64,000 nt of DNA from Hydrurus foetidus (taxonomy: Eukaryota): NCBI GenBank assembly GCA_900617105.1, contig UYFQ01000006.1:186001-250000 (forward strand), written 5' to 3'. Position numbers and translations under genes: made by a program. The notes below the pieces were generated by a model that was not told the DNA's origin, made no database searches, and worked only from the letters and a program-made list of their open reading frames with translations. Positions within the stretch are counted from its first letter, which is position 1, and each line of letters opens with the position of its first letter. Positions 10,042 to 20,134 of the stretch are shown one piece after another.

Positions 10042-10713
10042 ATGTCATCAAACGCTCCCATTCCCCCAGCGGCTGAAACTGGTGTCCCACCAGATGTTTA
10101 CCGCTTCATTGGCCTGCTGACCCGTCAACTCCATGACTCCCTTAATGAGTTGGGGTATGCCGACCAGTTGCGTGGCACAGTCAACAGCCTGCCCGACGCT
10201 AAATCCCGTCTGTCCTACATTTCACGCTTGACCGGTGAGGCCGCAGAAAAGGTGCTCACCCGCGTTGATTTGGCGAAATCCGTGCACGACAGCGTGGTCA
10301 AAGAAAGCCAACGCATTTCCGCACTGCTTGTCAAAGACCCGGTCAAAGCCGTCGCGATGGGTGAAGTGATGAATTTCGTTGAGTTTGTGAAACACAGCAA
10401 CGAAGCCATTGACCAGCATTTGACTGAGATCATGATGGCTCAAGACTTCCATGACCTCACGGGCCAGGTCATCGCGCGCGTGGTCAATCTGGCCAGCACC
10501 ATCGAAGAGCAACTGGTGCAGATGCTGATTCAAACCGCACCGCCCCACACCATACTGCCACCAACAATGAGGGCTCCCAGCATTGAAGTTGCACCTGAGG
10601 ATGCACAAAATACCGAACATTTAGCGGGCCCTGTGGTGGATGCCGAAGGCCGCAGCGATGTGGTGACAGACCAATCGCAAGTAGACGATTTGCTGGCCAG
10701 TTTGGGGTTTTGA
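10042..10713 (+). CDS. cheZ: CheY-phosphate phosphatase CheZ
   Basis: MAQDFHDLTGQVI and QVDDLLASLGF motifs. Confidence 0.96.
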   Translation: MSSNAPIPPAAETGVPPDVYRFIGLLTRQLHDSLNELGYADQLRGTVNSLPDAKSRLSYISRLTGEAAEKVLTRVDLAKSVHDSVVKESQRISALLVKDPVKAVAMGEVMNFVEFVKHSNEAIDQHLTEIMMAQDFHDLTGQVIARVVNLASTIEEQLVQMLIQTAPPHTILPPTMRAPSIEVAPEDAQNTEHLAGPVVDAEGRSDVVTDQSQVDDLLASLGF

Positions 10714-10770
10714 TGCCCTGGTGCCAAGGGTTTTAAACTGGCTGTTGTTGGAAACGGACTGTTTATCTCC

Positions 10771-10810
10771 CGCTTATTGCGCTTTAGTTGGCGCACCCGC
10801 TACCCACAAT
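10771..10810 (+). promoter_or_regulatory. Putative class-II (FlhDC-dependent) promoter of flhB
   Basis: CGCTTATTGCGCTTTAG-N17-CACAAT; the motif recurs before flhA, flgA and flgI. Confidence 0.6.
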
Positions 10811-10836
10811 GAAGGCAACTCAACGATGCCTTCCTC

Positions 10837-12015
10837 ATGGACTCCAGCCAAGACCGCAACCTACCTGCCAGCGAACAGAAAATTCGCAAAGCGCATGACG
10901 ATGGTCAGGTAGCACGCTCCAAAGACATGGGGCACCTCGCGGTACTCGGTGCCGGGGGTATGGGACTGATGGTGCTGATGCCCTCCCTGGCAGAACGTAT
11001 GAAACTGGCCCTGAGCCAGCACCTCAGCTTCAACACCACCACCTTGCTCACCCCCGGCAGCATGCTGGACAGGCTGCAAGACATGACGGTGGTGGGCTTG
11101 GTCGCTTGCATCGCTTTCGCGGCCATCGTGGCCACCGCCGCCATCGCCAGTACCCTCGCAGTGGGGGGCTGGGTGTTCAGCACCAAACCCGTGATGCCCG
11201 ATTTCAGCCGCATCAGTCCTTTTGCCGGGCTGGGTCGCTTATTTTCCAAAGATCACCTGTCAGAGATCATCAAAATCGTGGTGATTTCATCGGTGGTGAT
11301 GACGATTGGCGCGGTGTATTTGCTGGGCAGCCTGCAAGAAATTGCAGCCCTGGTGCTGCAACCATCCACCGCCGCCCTGCGCCATCTGGTCGATTGGCTC
11401 ACGCATGGCTTGGCGTTGATGCTGCTGATTGTGGTGGTGGTGGCCGCCATTGACGTGCCGCTGCAAATGTTCCTGCACAAATCGCGCCTCAAAATGTCGC
11501 ACGAAGAGGTGAAGCAAGAAAACAAAGAGGCCTCGGGCAACCCCCACGTCAAGAGCCGTCAACGCCAGCGCCAGCGCGACATTGCCCAGCGCAACAGTGT
11601 GGCCGCCGTGCCCAAAGCTGATTTTGTGCTGATGAACCCCACCCACTTTGCCGTCGCGCTGAAGTACGACGACCAAAACATGGGTGCCCCCCAGGTCATC
11701 GCCAAAGGGGCCGATTTGCTGGCCTTCAAAATACGCGAAATCGCCAAAAACCACGGCGTGCCGGTGCTCGAATCCCCCGTGCTGGCCCGTGCGCTGTACG
11801 CCCATGCTGAGCTTGACCGTGAAATACCCGCTCCTCTTTTTGGAGCAGTCGCCCAAGTTCTCGCCTACGTCTACCGCCTGAAAGCCGCCATGCGCGGTGA
11901 AGCCCCTATGCCCGACAGCCAGCCTGATCCTATCGTTCCGAGCGAGCTTGATCCGCTCAACCTGGCAGCGATTGCTGAGGCAAAAGCGGCCAAAATGCGG
12001 GCGGGCAAAGCCTGA
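10837..12015 (+). CDS. flhB: Flagellar export switch protein FlhB
   Basis: NPTH autocleavage site; APQVIAKG and LARALY motifs. Confidence 0.97.
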   Translation: MDSSQDRNLPASEQKIRKAHDDGQVARSKDMGHLAVLGAGGMGLMVLMPSLAERMKLALSQHLSFNTTTLLTPGSMLDRLQDMTVVGLVACIAFAAIVATAAIASTLAVGGWVFSTKPVMPDFSRISPFAGLGRLFSKDHLSEIIKIVVISSVVMTIGAVYLLGSLQEIAALVLQPSTAALRHLVDWLTHGLALMLLIVVVVAAIDVPLQMFLHKSRLKMSHEEVKQENKEASGNPHVKSRQRQRQRDIAQRNSVAAVPKADFVLMNPTHFAVALKYDDQNMGAPQVIAKGADLLAFKIREIAKNHGVPVLESPVLARALYAHAELDREIPAPLFGAVAQVLAYVYRLKAAMRGEAPMPDSQPDPIVPSELDPLNLAAIAEAKAAKMRAGKA

Positions 12016-12103
12016 CCAGGCATCAGCGCACAAGTCCCGTTCTTCATGGCGTTTGGAGAAGCGCAGCGATGTCTGTAGCGTTTGACTATGCCGCCCTAGA
12101 ATA

Positions 12104-12119
12104 CTGTTTTTATAACCAG
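12104..12119 (+). promoter_or_regulatory. LexA (SOS) box
   Basis: CTGTTTTTATAACCAG fits CTG-N10-CAG and lies 20 nt upstream of dinD. Confidence 0.75.
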
Positions 12120-12139
12120 ATATGAGGCGATGCTCAACC

Positions 12140-12982
12140 ATGAAAACCGAACTGATTGAATCGCTGACCCACAACTTTGAATCCCATGCCCAGCAGACAG
12201 ACGGCGGCGTTGAGTTCTGGCTGGGTCGAGACATTCAGCACCTACTGGGCTACACCAAGTGGGACAACTTTCTCAATGTGGTGTCCAAAGCTAAGACAGC
12301 GTGCGAGGTCTCTGGTCACCCCATTGCCGATCATTTTGCCGACGCCGGCAAAACGATCGCTATGCCCAAGGGCGCAGAAAAAGAGGTGCCAGACCTCATG
12401 CTCACCCGCTACGCCTGCTACCTGATTGCGCAAAACGGTGACCCGCGCAAGCAAGAAATTGCGTTTGCGCAAACCTATTTTGCTATCCAGACCCGCAAGG
12501 CCGAGCTGATTGAGCAACGCCTGCTGGAGGCGGAGCGCGTCCAAGCCCGCAAGAAGCTGTCCGCCACCGAGAAAGAGCTGTCACAAGTCATTTTTGAGCA
12601 AACCGGTGCCGCACAAGACTTTGCATTGATCCGCAGCAAGGGCGACCATGCGTTGTTTGGCAAGAGCACCCAAGCCATGAAAGCGCAGTGGAAGGTGCCC
12701 GACAACCGCCCCTTGGCCGACTTTGCGCCCACCATCATCCTGAAGGCCAAAGACTTCGCCACCGAGATCACCATCTTCAATGCGCGCCAGCACCAGATGG
12801 GCAGCGAATCCGCCATCTCGCGCGAGCACATCACGAACAACCATGCCGTGCGCAATACCCTGCTAGAGCGCGGTATTCGGCCCGAAAGCCTGCTGCCGGA
12901 TGAAGATGTGAAGAAGGTGGAACGCAGGCTTCAGTCTGAGGACAAAAAGGCGCTGAAGAAGCCTGATTCTCTGGATGCTTGA
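12140..12982 (+). CDS. dinD: DNA damage-inducible protein D (Bro-N-like)
   Basis: EFWLGRDIQHLLGYTKWDNF, LTRYACYLIAQNGDPRK..AFAQTYFAIQTRK and RPLADF motifs. Confidence 0.9.
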   Translation: MKTELIESLTHNFESHAQQTDGGVEFWLGRDIQHLLGYTKWDNFLNVVSKAKTACEVSGHPIADHFADAGKTIAMPKGAEKEVPDLMLTRYACYLIAQNGDPRKQEIAFAQTYFAIQTRKAELIEQRLLEAERVQARKKLSATEKELSQVIFEQTGAAQDFALIRSKGDHALFGKSTQAMKAQWKVPDNRPLADFAPTIILKAKDFATEITIFNARQHQMGSESAISREHITNNHAVRNTLLERGIRPESLLPDEDVKKVERRLQSEDKKALKKPDSLDA

Positions 12983-12988
12983 TCACCT

Positions 12989-13036
12989 CGCTTGGCAAGC
13001 GTAGGTATCTCGCTCCGCCTGCAGGCTTGGCAAGCG
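12989..13036. repeat. Two copies of the palindrome GCTTGGCAAGC downstream of dinD
   Basis: GCTTGGCAAGCG at 12990-13001 and 13025-13036. Confidence 0.5.
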
Positions 13037-13056
13037 AATTTGGTGGGCCTACGCCC

Positions 13057-13096
13057 TGCTTTTCACGCTTTAGATTGAGATACCGCTCAGGACAAT
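13057..13096 (+). promoter_or_regulatory. Putative class-II promoter of flhA
   Basis: TGCTTTTCACGCTTTAG-N17-GACAAT. Confidence 0.6.
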
Positions 13097-13123
13097 GGTC
13101 ATAACCTGAAAAGCGTTATCACC

Positions 13124-15199
13124 ATGAACTTCCTACCCCCCCATATCACCGCTTGGTTGAAAATAAATTCAACCCACTTGAGCGGCGCCGCTGCGCCTTT
13201 GTTGGTGGTGGCGATTTTGTCGATGATGGTGCTGCCCATGCCCGCGTGGCTGCTGGACGCTTTTTTCACCATCAACATCGCCGTTGCGCTGATGGTGATG
13301 ATGGTCGCGGCGTACATGATGAAACCACTGGATTTCGCAGCCTTCCCCTCGGTGCTGCTGCTCACCACGCTGATGCGCTTGTCGCTCAACGTGGCTTCTA
13401 CTCGTGTGGTGCTGCTGGACGGCCACACCGGCCCCGGCGCAGCGGGCGCGGTGATTGAGGCGTTTGGTCACTTTTTGATCGGCGGTAACTTTGTGGTTGG
13501 CTTGATCGTGTTTGCGATTTTGGTGGTAATTAACTTTGTGGTCGTCACCAAAGGCTCTGAGCGTATCGCTGAGGTCTCCGCTCGCTTCACGCTGGATGCG
13601 ATGCCTGGCAAGCAAATGGCGATTGATGCCGATTTGAACGCAGGTTTGATCACCGAAGCTGAAGCCAAACTGCGCCGCAGCGAAGTGGGCGAAGAGGCTG
13701 ACTTTTTCGGCTCTATGGACGGTGCCTCCAAATTCGTGCGTGGCGACGCGATTGCGGGCATCTTGATTTTGGTCATCAACATCGTGGGCGGCTTTGCGAT
13801 TGGCGTGCTGCAACACAACTTGACGGCTTCGCAGGCGGCGGACACCTACATCTTGTTGGCGGTGGGTGATGCGCTGGTGGCGCAGATCCCTGGCTTGTTG
13901 ATTTCGGTAGCGGCGGCGATGGTGGTGTCCCGCGTGGGCAAAGACCGCGACATCGGGGGACAGATCGTTCACCAGATGTTCGGCTCTGCCAAGATTTTGG
14001 GCATCACCGCCGGTATCTTGACCCTGTTGGGCTTGATTCCCGGCATGCCCCATGTGGTGTTCTTGAGCATGGCCGCACTTTTAGGCTACGGCGCTTGGGC
14101 CCTGGCGAACCGCCCACCCCCTGCACCGCCCGTGGTGGAAGAAGTCAAAACCAACCCCGATGGCGAAGCCACCTGGGACGATCTGCAACCCGTCGATTTA
14201 CTGGGCCTGGAGCTGGGCTACCGCTTGATTTCGCTGGTAGACAAAAACCGCCAAGGCGATTTGCTCAACCGTATCAAAGGTGTGCGCCGCAAGTTTGCGC
14301 AAGACGTAGGCTTCTTGCCCCCCGCTGTGCATGTGCGAGACAACCTGGAATTGAAACCCAGCGCCTACAGAATCACCCTGCGCGGTGTGGTCGAAGGCGA
14401 AGGCGAAGCCTTCCCAGGCATGTTCCTCGCCATCAACCCCGGAGGTATCTCCACCCCGTTGATTGGCACGGCCACCACTGACCCCGCCTTCGGTCTTCCA
14501 GCCCACTGGATCGACGAACGGCAAAAGGAAACCGCACAAATGGCGGGTTATACCGTGGTTGATTCCGAGACTGTCATGGCAACCCATTTGTCACACTTGA
14601 TGCAAATGAAAGCAGCCAAACTCCTCAGCCGTACCGAGACTCAGCAACTGGTTGACCACGTCAGCCGCCTCGCCCCCAAGCTGATTGAAGAGGTGGTGCC
14701 CAAGGTGATTTCGATCTCCACTTTCCAAAAAGTGCTGCAGCTGCTGCTTGAAGAATCCGTCAACATCCGCGACATCCGCAGCATCGTCGAATGCCTGGCT
14801 GAATTTGGTGACACCGTAACCGACCCCGCTGAACTGGCCCGCCGCGTTCGCGTGGCCCTCTCGCCCGCCATAGTTCAGCAAATCTACGGATCAGTACGCG
14901 AGCTGAACGTGATCGCCATCGAACCCGGCTTAGAGCGCCTGCTGGTGCAAGCCCTGGGCAGCGCCAACGGCCCTTCGTTAGACCCTGGTGTGGCCGAGTT
15001 GCTGACCACCAGTGCCGCCCAAGTGGCGCAAAAACAAGAAGAAATGGGCTTGCCAGCGTGCCTGCTGGTGCCCGACGCGATACGCACCTCAATTGCCCGC
15101 TTGGTGCGCCGTGTTGCCCCCCGTTTGCAAGTGCTCTCGCACAGTGAAATCCCTGAAACCCACACGATCCGCATCGGGCCGATCTTGAAAGGTGCCTAA
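13124..15199 (+). CDS. flhA: Flagellar export gate protein FlhA
   Basis: RFTLDAMPGKQMAIDADL and FFGSMDGASKFVRGD motifs. Confidence 0.98.
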   Translation: MNFLPPHITAWLKINSTHLSGAAAPLLVVAILSMMVLPMPAWLLDAFFTINIAVALMVMMVAAYMMKPLDFAAFPSVLLLTTLMRLSLNVASTRVVLLDGHTGPGAAGAVIEAFGHFLIGGNFVVGLIVFAILVVINFVVVTKGSERIAEVSARFTLDAMPGKQMAIDADLNAGLITEAEAKLRRSEVGEEADFFGSMDGASKFVRGDAIAGILILVINIVGGFAIGVLQHNLTASQAADTYILLAVGDALVAQIPGLLISVAAAMVVSRVGKDRDIGGQIVHQMFGSAKILGITAGILTLLGLIPGMPHVVFLSMAALLGYGAWALANRPPPAPPVVEEVKTNPDGEATWDDLQPVDLLGLELGYRLISLVDKNRQGDLLNRIKGVRRKFAQDVGFLPPAVHVRDNLELKPSAYRITLRGVVEGEGEAFPGMFLAINPGGISTPLIGTATTDPAFGLPAHWIDERQKETAQMAGYTVVDSETVMATHLSHLMQMKAAKLLSRTETQQLVDHVSRLAPKLIEEVVPKVISISTFQKVLQLLLEESVNIRDIRSIVECLAEFGDTVTDPAELARRVRVALSPAIVQQIYGSVRELNVIAIEPGLERLLVQALGSANGPSLDPGVAELLTTSAAQVAQKQEEMGLPACLLVPDAIRTSIARLVRRVAPRLQVLSHSEIPETHTIRIGPILKGA

Positions 15200-15202
15200 G
15201 CC

Positions 15203-16816
15203 ATGAACGTCCAACGCTTCCACGCCGCCAGCTCCCGCGAAGCCCTGGCCAAAGCACGCATGGCCTTTGGCGATGCCACCTTGATTTTGTCCAACCGCCC
15301 CACTGCCACCGGCGTGGAAGTGGTTGCCACCACCGAGGACATGCTCGACAGCCTGACATCAGGCAGCCAGAGCAGCACCAGCTCGGACTTGCAACGCAGA
15401 GCCTCCCTGACCGCCAGCCCGCGCAAAGCCGGTGACAGCAATTCGCTCAGCAAGCGCCTTCCCACCCCTTCACAGACCACCAGAGCCCCAGCTCAAAGAG
15501 CAAGCAGCCAAGAGGTGGAAGAAGACGTGGGTCAACTGGCCATGAGCACCCTGTCGTTCCAAGACTATGTGCGCGAACGCATGCTGCGCCGCCGCCATGC
15601 CGCCTTGCATGGTTCGGCAGATAACGCGTCCCAGAACGACCATGACAGCGACTATGACAGCGCTCCTGAAAATGAAGCATCATCAGCACGTCAGGTAAGC
15701 AGCAAACCTATTTTTGGTGACTCTTCTGAATGGGGCAACGGTATCGAGCGCCCCACCTTCCCCCGCATCATCACCAAGCCCACCAGCGAGCAGATCCGCT
15801 TCCCGGCCCCACCGGCACCCGCCCGTCCTGCACGCGCCACAGCCGCACCGGCAGCACCGGCCATCAACACCACCGGCATCGTCACCGAATTGCAGGCCAT
15901 GCGCGATTTGATTGAAGAGCGCTTCAACACCCTCTCATGGCTGGGGCAGGCCAAGCAAGACCCGATTCAGTCCAATCTGATGCTCAAACTCATTCGCGCC
16001 GGGTACTCACCCGCCGTCGCCCGCACGCTTTTGGAGCGCATGCCCGCCGAGCTGAGTGCGGGCAACGCCATCCGCTGGGTGATGGACGTGCTGGAGCGCA
16101 ACCTTAAGACCGATGCGGGCTGCCAGCCTATCTACGTGCAAGGCGGAACCTACGCACTGGTTGGGGCCACCGGCGTGGGCAAAACCACCACTGCAGCCAA
16201 ACTCGCCGCCCTGTGCGCCAAAGCACACGGCCCGCACAGCGTGGGCCTTATCACACTGGACACCTACCGCGTCGCAGCCCACGAGCAACTGCGCACCTAT
16301 GGTCGCATGCTGGGGGTCGTAGCGCACCTCGCCCATGACCGCGCTGCACTGCAAGACTTACTGAACCTGCTTTGCAACAAAAAGCTGGTGCTGATCGACA
16401 CCACCGGCCTCGCCCCCAAAGACCCCCGCACCCCTGAGTTACTGGAGCTGATCGACCTGCCCAAAGTCAATCGCCTGCTGGTGCTGAACGCCGGTGGCCA
16501 CGGTGACACACAAGACGACGTACTCGGGGCCTTCAAAGCCCAGGGCGATGGCGGCGTGGTGCTCTCAAAAATAGACGAAGCCGCCAAGTTAGGCCCATCG
16601 CTGGACGCGCTGATTCGCCACCAACTCACCCTGCGCGGTGTGACCCAAGGCCAGCGCGTGCCTGAAGACTGGGAGCAAGCTGACGCAGCCAGCTTAGTGC
16701 GCTTGTCCATGCGCACCAGTGGCAAATCGGCCTACGATCCAGTCAGCGCCGATTTGGGATTTTTCTTCTCGCAGCCTCAGCAAACCGTGGGCCTGGGGAG
16801 CCATCTCCATGCTTGA
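15203..16816 (+). CDS. flhF: SRP-family GTPase FlhF
   Basis: GATGVGKTTT, DTYRVAA, DTTG, SKIDE and GQRVPED motifs. Confidence 0.95.
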   Translation: MNVQRFHAASSREALAKARMAFGDATLILSNRPTATGVEVVATTEDMLDSLTSGSQSSTSSDLQRRASLTASPRKAGDSNSLSKRLPTPSQTTRAPAQRASSQEVEEDVGQLAMSTLSFQDYVRERMLRRRHAALHGSADNASQNDHDSDYDSAPENEASSARQVSSKPIFGDSSEWGNGIERPTFPRIITKPTSEQIRFPAPPAPARPARATAAPAAPAINTTGIVTELQAMRDLIEERFNTLSWLGQAKQDPIQSNLMLKLIRAGYSPAVARTLLERMPAELSAGNAIRWVMDVLERNLKTDAGCQPIYVQGGTYALVGATGVGKTTTAAKLAALCAKAHGPHSVGLITLDTYRVAAHEQLRTYGRMLGVVAHLAHDRAALQDLLNLLCNKKLVLIDTTGLAPKDPRTPELLELIDLPKVNRLLVLNAGGHGDTQDDVLGAFKAQGDGGVVLSKIDEAAKLGPSLDALIRHQLTLRGVTQGQRVPEDWEQADAASLVRLSMRTSGKSAYDPVSADLGFFFSQPQQTVGLGSHLHA

Positions 16817-17591
16817 ATTTGCAGGCTTCGACCAGGGTGACGGGCTGCGGCAGGGCGCACGGCACGATGCACCGCACCTGCTCAGCGTGGTACAGCATGG
16901 CGACCGTGCTGCGGAAATGAGCCTGCTGTGGCAGCTGTGCAGTGCCTTGCACAGCACTGATACACGCATGGCGGTGCTAGATGCCACTGCAACAGAAACA
17001 GATGACAACCCCGGCCTGCAAGCCATGCTGGACGGGGCAAACCGGCCACAACCGGTAGGCAGTGGTGCGTGGCGCGTCACTCCCGCAGCAACGGGTATGC
17101 GCAGTTTAGCGGGGCAAGTGATGAAGGAGCCGCAAGACACCTTGAACAGCCTGTTCAACGGCTTCAACACGCTCGTGGTCTACGCCGATGCCGACACCTT
17201 GGCAGAGACGCTGCGTTTGGGCCAGAGCAGCACCGTGGTGGCGCTGTCACCCGAGATGCCTTCGCTGCTGTCCGCCTACAAAAGCCTCAAGCACATGGCG
17301 AGCTTCGGGCCACTGCGAGCCGTTTCCATCGTCACGGTTAACCCACCTGACAGCCCAGTCTACTTGGCTCAAAGTATCGCCAAAAATCTGCAAAAATGTA
17401 CAATGAATTTTCTGAAATGCCGTGTCCAACACTATGGAACCAGCACCCAGTTTGACGCAGAATACCCAAGTGATGGTGTGCGTCGATTGGTACTGAATGT
17501 GTTAGACAACGCTGCTTCAGCCATCAATGTCCCAAGCCCTCTGCCCCCGCAGAACCCTGGAACCTCAGCGCAGTTTTTGTGGAGCCATTGA
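16809..17591 (+). CDS. Degenerate FlhG/FleN (MinD-like) protein lacking Walker A
   Basis: Sits between flhF and fliA and overlaps both. Has the N-terminal DQGDGLR (DQAxxLR-like) motif and SLLSAYKSLK, but no GKGGVGK. Confidence 0.6.
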   Translation: MLEFAGFDQGDGLRQGARHDAPHLLSVVQHGDRAAEMSLLWQLCSALHSTDTRMAVLDATATETDDNPGLQAMLDGANRPQPVGSGAWRVTPAATGMRSLAGQVMKEPQDTLNSLFNGFNTLVVYADADTLAETLRLGQSSTVVALSPEMPSLLSAYKSLKHMASFGPLRAVSIVTVNPPDSPVYLAQSIAKNLQKCTMNFLKCRVQHYGTSTQFDAEYPSDGVRRLVLNVLDNAASAINVPSPLPPQNPGTSAQFLWSH

Positions 17592-18307
17592 TGTACACCA
17601 CCAAAGGTCAGCTCAACCGGGACGACATGCTGCGCCAGTACGTCCCCTTGGTGCGGCGTCTCGCGCACTACATGATCGCCAAGCTGCCACCCAGCGTGGA
17701 GGTCGACGACTTGATCCAGGTCGGCATGATCGGTTTGGCCGATGCCATGAGCCGTTTCGAGTCCAGCCAAGGCGTGATGTTTGAAACCTTTGCCACTCAA
17801 CGCATTCGCGGTGCCATGCTCGACGAGCTGCGCGAAACCGACTGGATGTCACGCGGTTCACGCAAAAGCCAAAAAGACATTGAACACGCCGTCACCCGCC
17901 TGGAGCACCGTTTAGGCCGCAGCCCCATCGAGTCCGAAATCGCCGCTGATCTCAACATGACGCTGCCCGACTACCAAAGCCTGCTGGGCAAAGTGCGCGG
18001 CACCCAGCTGGTCTACATCGAAGACATGACCGGCGGCGGCGACGACGAAAACCACTTCCTAGACCGCCACGCAGGTGACCCCGAAGCCGACCCCGAGCAT
18101 ATGCTGGGTGACCACCGCATGCGCCAAGCCTTGGTAGCAGCCATCAAAGGCTTGCCCGAGCGCGAGCAGTTCGTGATGAGCATGTACTACGAGCAAGACA
18201 TGAACCTGAAAGAAATCGCTGCCGTCCTGAACGTGACGGAGTCTCGTGTTTGCCAACTGCACAGTCAGTCGATTGCGCGCCTTCGGGCAAAGATGCGGCC
18301 GCATTGA
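17591..18307 (+). CDS. fliA: RNA polymerase sigma-28 factor FliA
   Basis: DDLIQVGMIGL, RIRGAMLDELR and TESRVCQLH motifs. Confidence 0.97.
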   Translation: MYTTKGQLNRDDMLRQYVPLVRRLAHYMIAKLPPSVEVDDLIQVGMIGLADAMSRFESSQGVMFETFATQRIRGAMLDELRETDWMSRGSRKSQKDIEHAVTRLEHRLGRSPIESEIAADLNMTLPDYQSLLGKVRGTQLVYIEDMTGGGDDENHFLDRHAGDPEADPEHMLGDHRMRQALVAAIKGLPEREQFVMSMYYEQDMNLKEIAAVLNVTESRVCQLHSQSIARLRAKMRPH

Positions 18308-18348
18308 GCGACACGTAGCCACCAACACACCACAAAATACCCAAAAGC

Positions 18349-18379
18349 AAAGGCACCGCTTTACAGCGCAGTGCCTTTT
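18349..18379. terminator. Putative bidirectional terminator between convergent fliA and flgN-like genes
   Basis: AAAGGCAC-CGCT-ttac-AGCG-ca-GTGCCTTT. Confidence 0.55.
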
Positions 18380-18406
18380 ATGCATTCACAGGCTTTATTT
18401 GGTTTA

Positions 18407-18799
18407 TTACGCTCGCATCGACGTCAACCGCCCCATCGCCCGCCCACTCACCCCATAGACTCCCCCTTGTTTGCCATACGTAGGCACTGGGTTTGAGGGC
18501 AACATCACTTGCAGTTCACGCTCGACGCTGACAGCACGGCGAGCCATGTTTTCGCGCAGCAAGGTCAGGTTGGTGCCCAGTACGCGCAAACGGTTTTTGA
18601 GCTGGCGGCTGGTGGTAACTTCGGGGGGGACGGTGGCGTAGGCGCAAGAGAAATCGGCTATCAACGGGGCAAGCGAGGTGCAAAGCGCTTCAAACTCCAG
18701 GACGTTCCCAGCGATCAAGGCTTCTGACATCGCTTGAAGTTGCTGTTCCAGTGCCAGCAGGTGCGGCATGAAACCAGCTGGGGATGTGGAGGCATTCAT
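18407..18799 (-). CDS. Small helical protein in the flgN position (FlgN-like chaperone)
   Basis: 130 aa, GGAGG SD, directly downstream of flgM; C-terminal 'PTYG' region. Assignment rests mainly on synteny. Confidence 0.55.
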   Translation of the reverse strand: MNASTSPAGFMPHLLALEQQLQAMSEALIAGNVLEFEALCTSLAPLIADFSCAYATVPPEVTTSRQLKNRLRVLGTNLTLLRENMARRAVSVERELQVMLPSNPVPTYGKQGGVYGVSGRAMGRLTSMRA

Positions 18800-18824
18800 G
18801 GCCGTCCTCCCCGTGGCAGCGTAC

Positions 18825-19133
18825 TCAGTGCTGCTGGAGTTTGAACACTTCCTTGGCGTTGGACAAGAGCTTGTCGGCAATTGCTTCGGCGTTGACTTTG
18901 TAGGTGCCGTTCGAGATGGCGCTGCGCACGCTTTCCACCTTGTTGGTGTCGATATCGGCATCCGCTGAGGCGGCACTGCGCACCGATTGCGCGAGGCTGG
19001 ACACCGTGACGGGCACGCCTTTGCTGGTAGCCGGTATGCCCGTTGCCACGACAGGGGACGTACCTTGGCCTGGCTTGGGTAAGCCTACATTTCCGCCAGC
19101 CGGTGGGCTGCTTGGGGTTTGACCAATCTTCAT
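18825..19133 (-). CDS. flgM: Anti-sigma-28 factor FlgM
   Basis: IDTNKVESVRSAISNGTYKVNAEAIADKLL; GGAG SD before MKIG. Confidence 0.95.
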   Translation of the reverse strand: MKIGQTPSSPPAGGNVGLPKPGQGTSPVVATGIPATSKGVPVTVSSLAQSVRSAASADADIDTNKVESVRSAISNGTYKVNAEAIADKLLSNAKEVFKLQQH

Positions 19134-19177
19134 CACATTCTCCAACGCCACTGTGAGCAGGGGCTTCATGGATTATT

Positions 19178-19204
19178 TCATCGACAGTATTTGCGCTTAC
19201 TTTA
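19178..19204 (-). promoter_or_regulatory. Sigma-28 promoter of flgM
   Basis: TAAA-N15-GTCGATGA. Confidence 0.8.
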
Positions 19205-19286
19205 ATCCTTTTTGGCGTGTGCATGGTACGACCTCTCGGGTTGTCCCTTATGGGTAGCAGGTTGATAACAGGTGGATGGGGGTCAA

Positions 19287-20093
19287 TCACAGGTCTAACT
19301 TGACGGTTCGGGCGTCCAGCACCTGCCCCGTCACGGTGCGCCCGCCCTCCATGCGCAGGCGTACCGACTGGCCGATCACCCCCGCGCTCAGCGCCTGCGC
19401 ATCGGTGCTGATGCTAAAACCACTGCCCTGTGCCACCACCCGTACTTGCGTACCGGCGGGGAAAGCGGTGGCGGCACGCAAGCCCGATTGGCGCAGCGTT
19501 TGACCTGCCCCCAACGAGCGCGAAGCAAGCAAGCCCACCCACTGGCTGGGATCAACCACCACGGGGGAGGCATCTTCGGCCCAGTCCACATCGGCCTCGG
19601 TAGCGTCCGCGCTGCCCAATACGGCACCGGCGTTGACGTTAGCGCGCAACACCCAGGCTCGCCCGATGGCTTTGACGGTGACGGGCAGAAACACATTCCA
19701 CTTGGTCACGCCTTCCAAACAACGCAGCCCAATGCGCGTGCGGCCCCACAACCGGGTGCCGGTGGGCAAATAGGGCTCGATGCGGGCGCAGGGGGCGAGT
19801 TGCAGACGGCTGTCTAACGCGCCGACCAGCACCTGCATGCGCAAAGGTGGAGTATTGGGGGAGGTATTGGGCGAGGCGTTGGAGGCTGGGTTGGCGGCGG
19901 GCAACTCGGCAGCGGCCACTGCGCTTTCCAGCCAGCGCTGGGTGTCTTTGGCGAAATCGGGGGGGGATTGAGCAGCAGAGGCAGTCGGGGTCGTTTGGGC
20001 ATTCACTGCCAGCGCAACACACAGCGTACTGAAGAGCAGCGTCAGCCGGGTGGCGTTTGAGCGCGCCATTGAGGGATGAATGGAGGAAGCCAT
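19287..20093 (-). CDS. flgA: P-ring formation chaperone FlgA
   Basis: Signal peptide; LDSRLQLAPC, GRTRIGLRC and SAF-like C-terminus. Confidence 0.92.
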   Translation of the reverse strand: MASSIHPSMARSNATRLTLLFSTLCVALAVNAQTTPTASAAQSPPDFAKDTQRWLESAVAAAELPAANPASNASPNTSPNTPPLRMQVLVGALDSRLQLAPCARIEPYLPTGTRLWGRTRIGLRCLEGVTKWNVFLPVTVKAIGRAWVLRANVNAGAVLGSADATEADVDWAEDASPVVVDPSQWVGLLASRSLGAGQTLRQSGLRAATAFPAGTQVRVVAQGSGFSISTDAQALSAGVIGQSVRLRMEGGRTVTGQVLDARTVKLDL

Positions 20094-20134
20094 GGCAACA
20101 CTTTCTGGCGCAATGCCCGTGGTTTAACGGCTTC

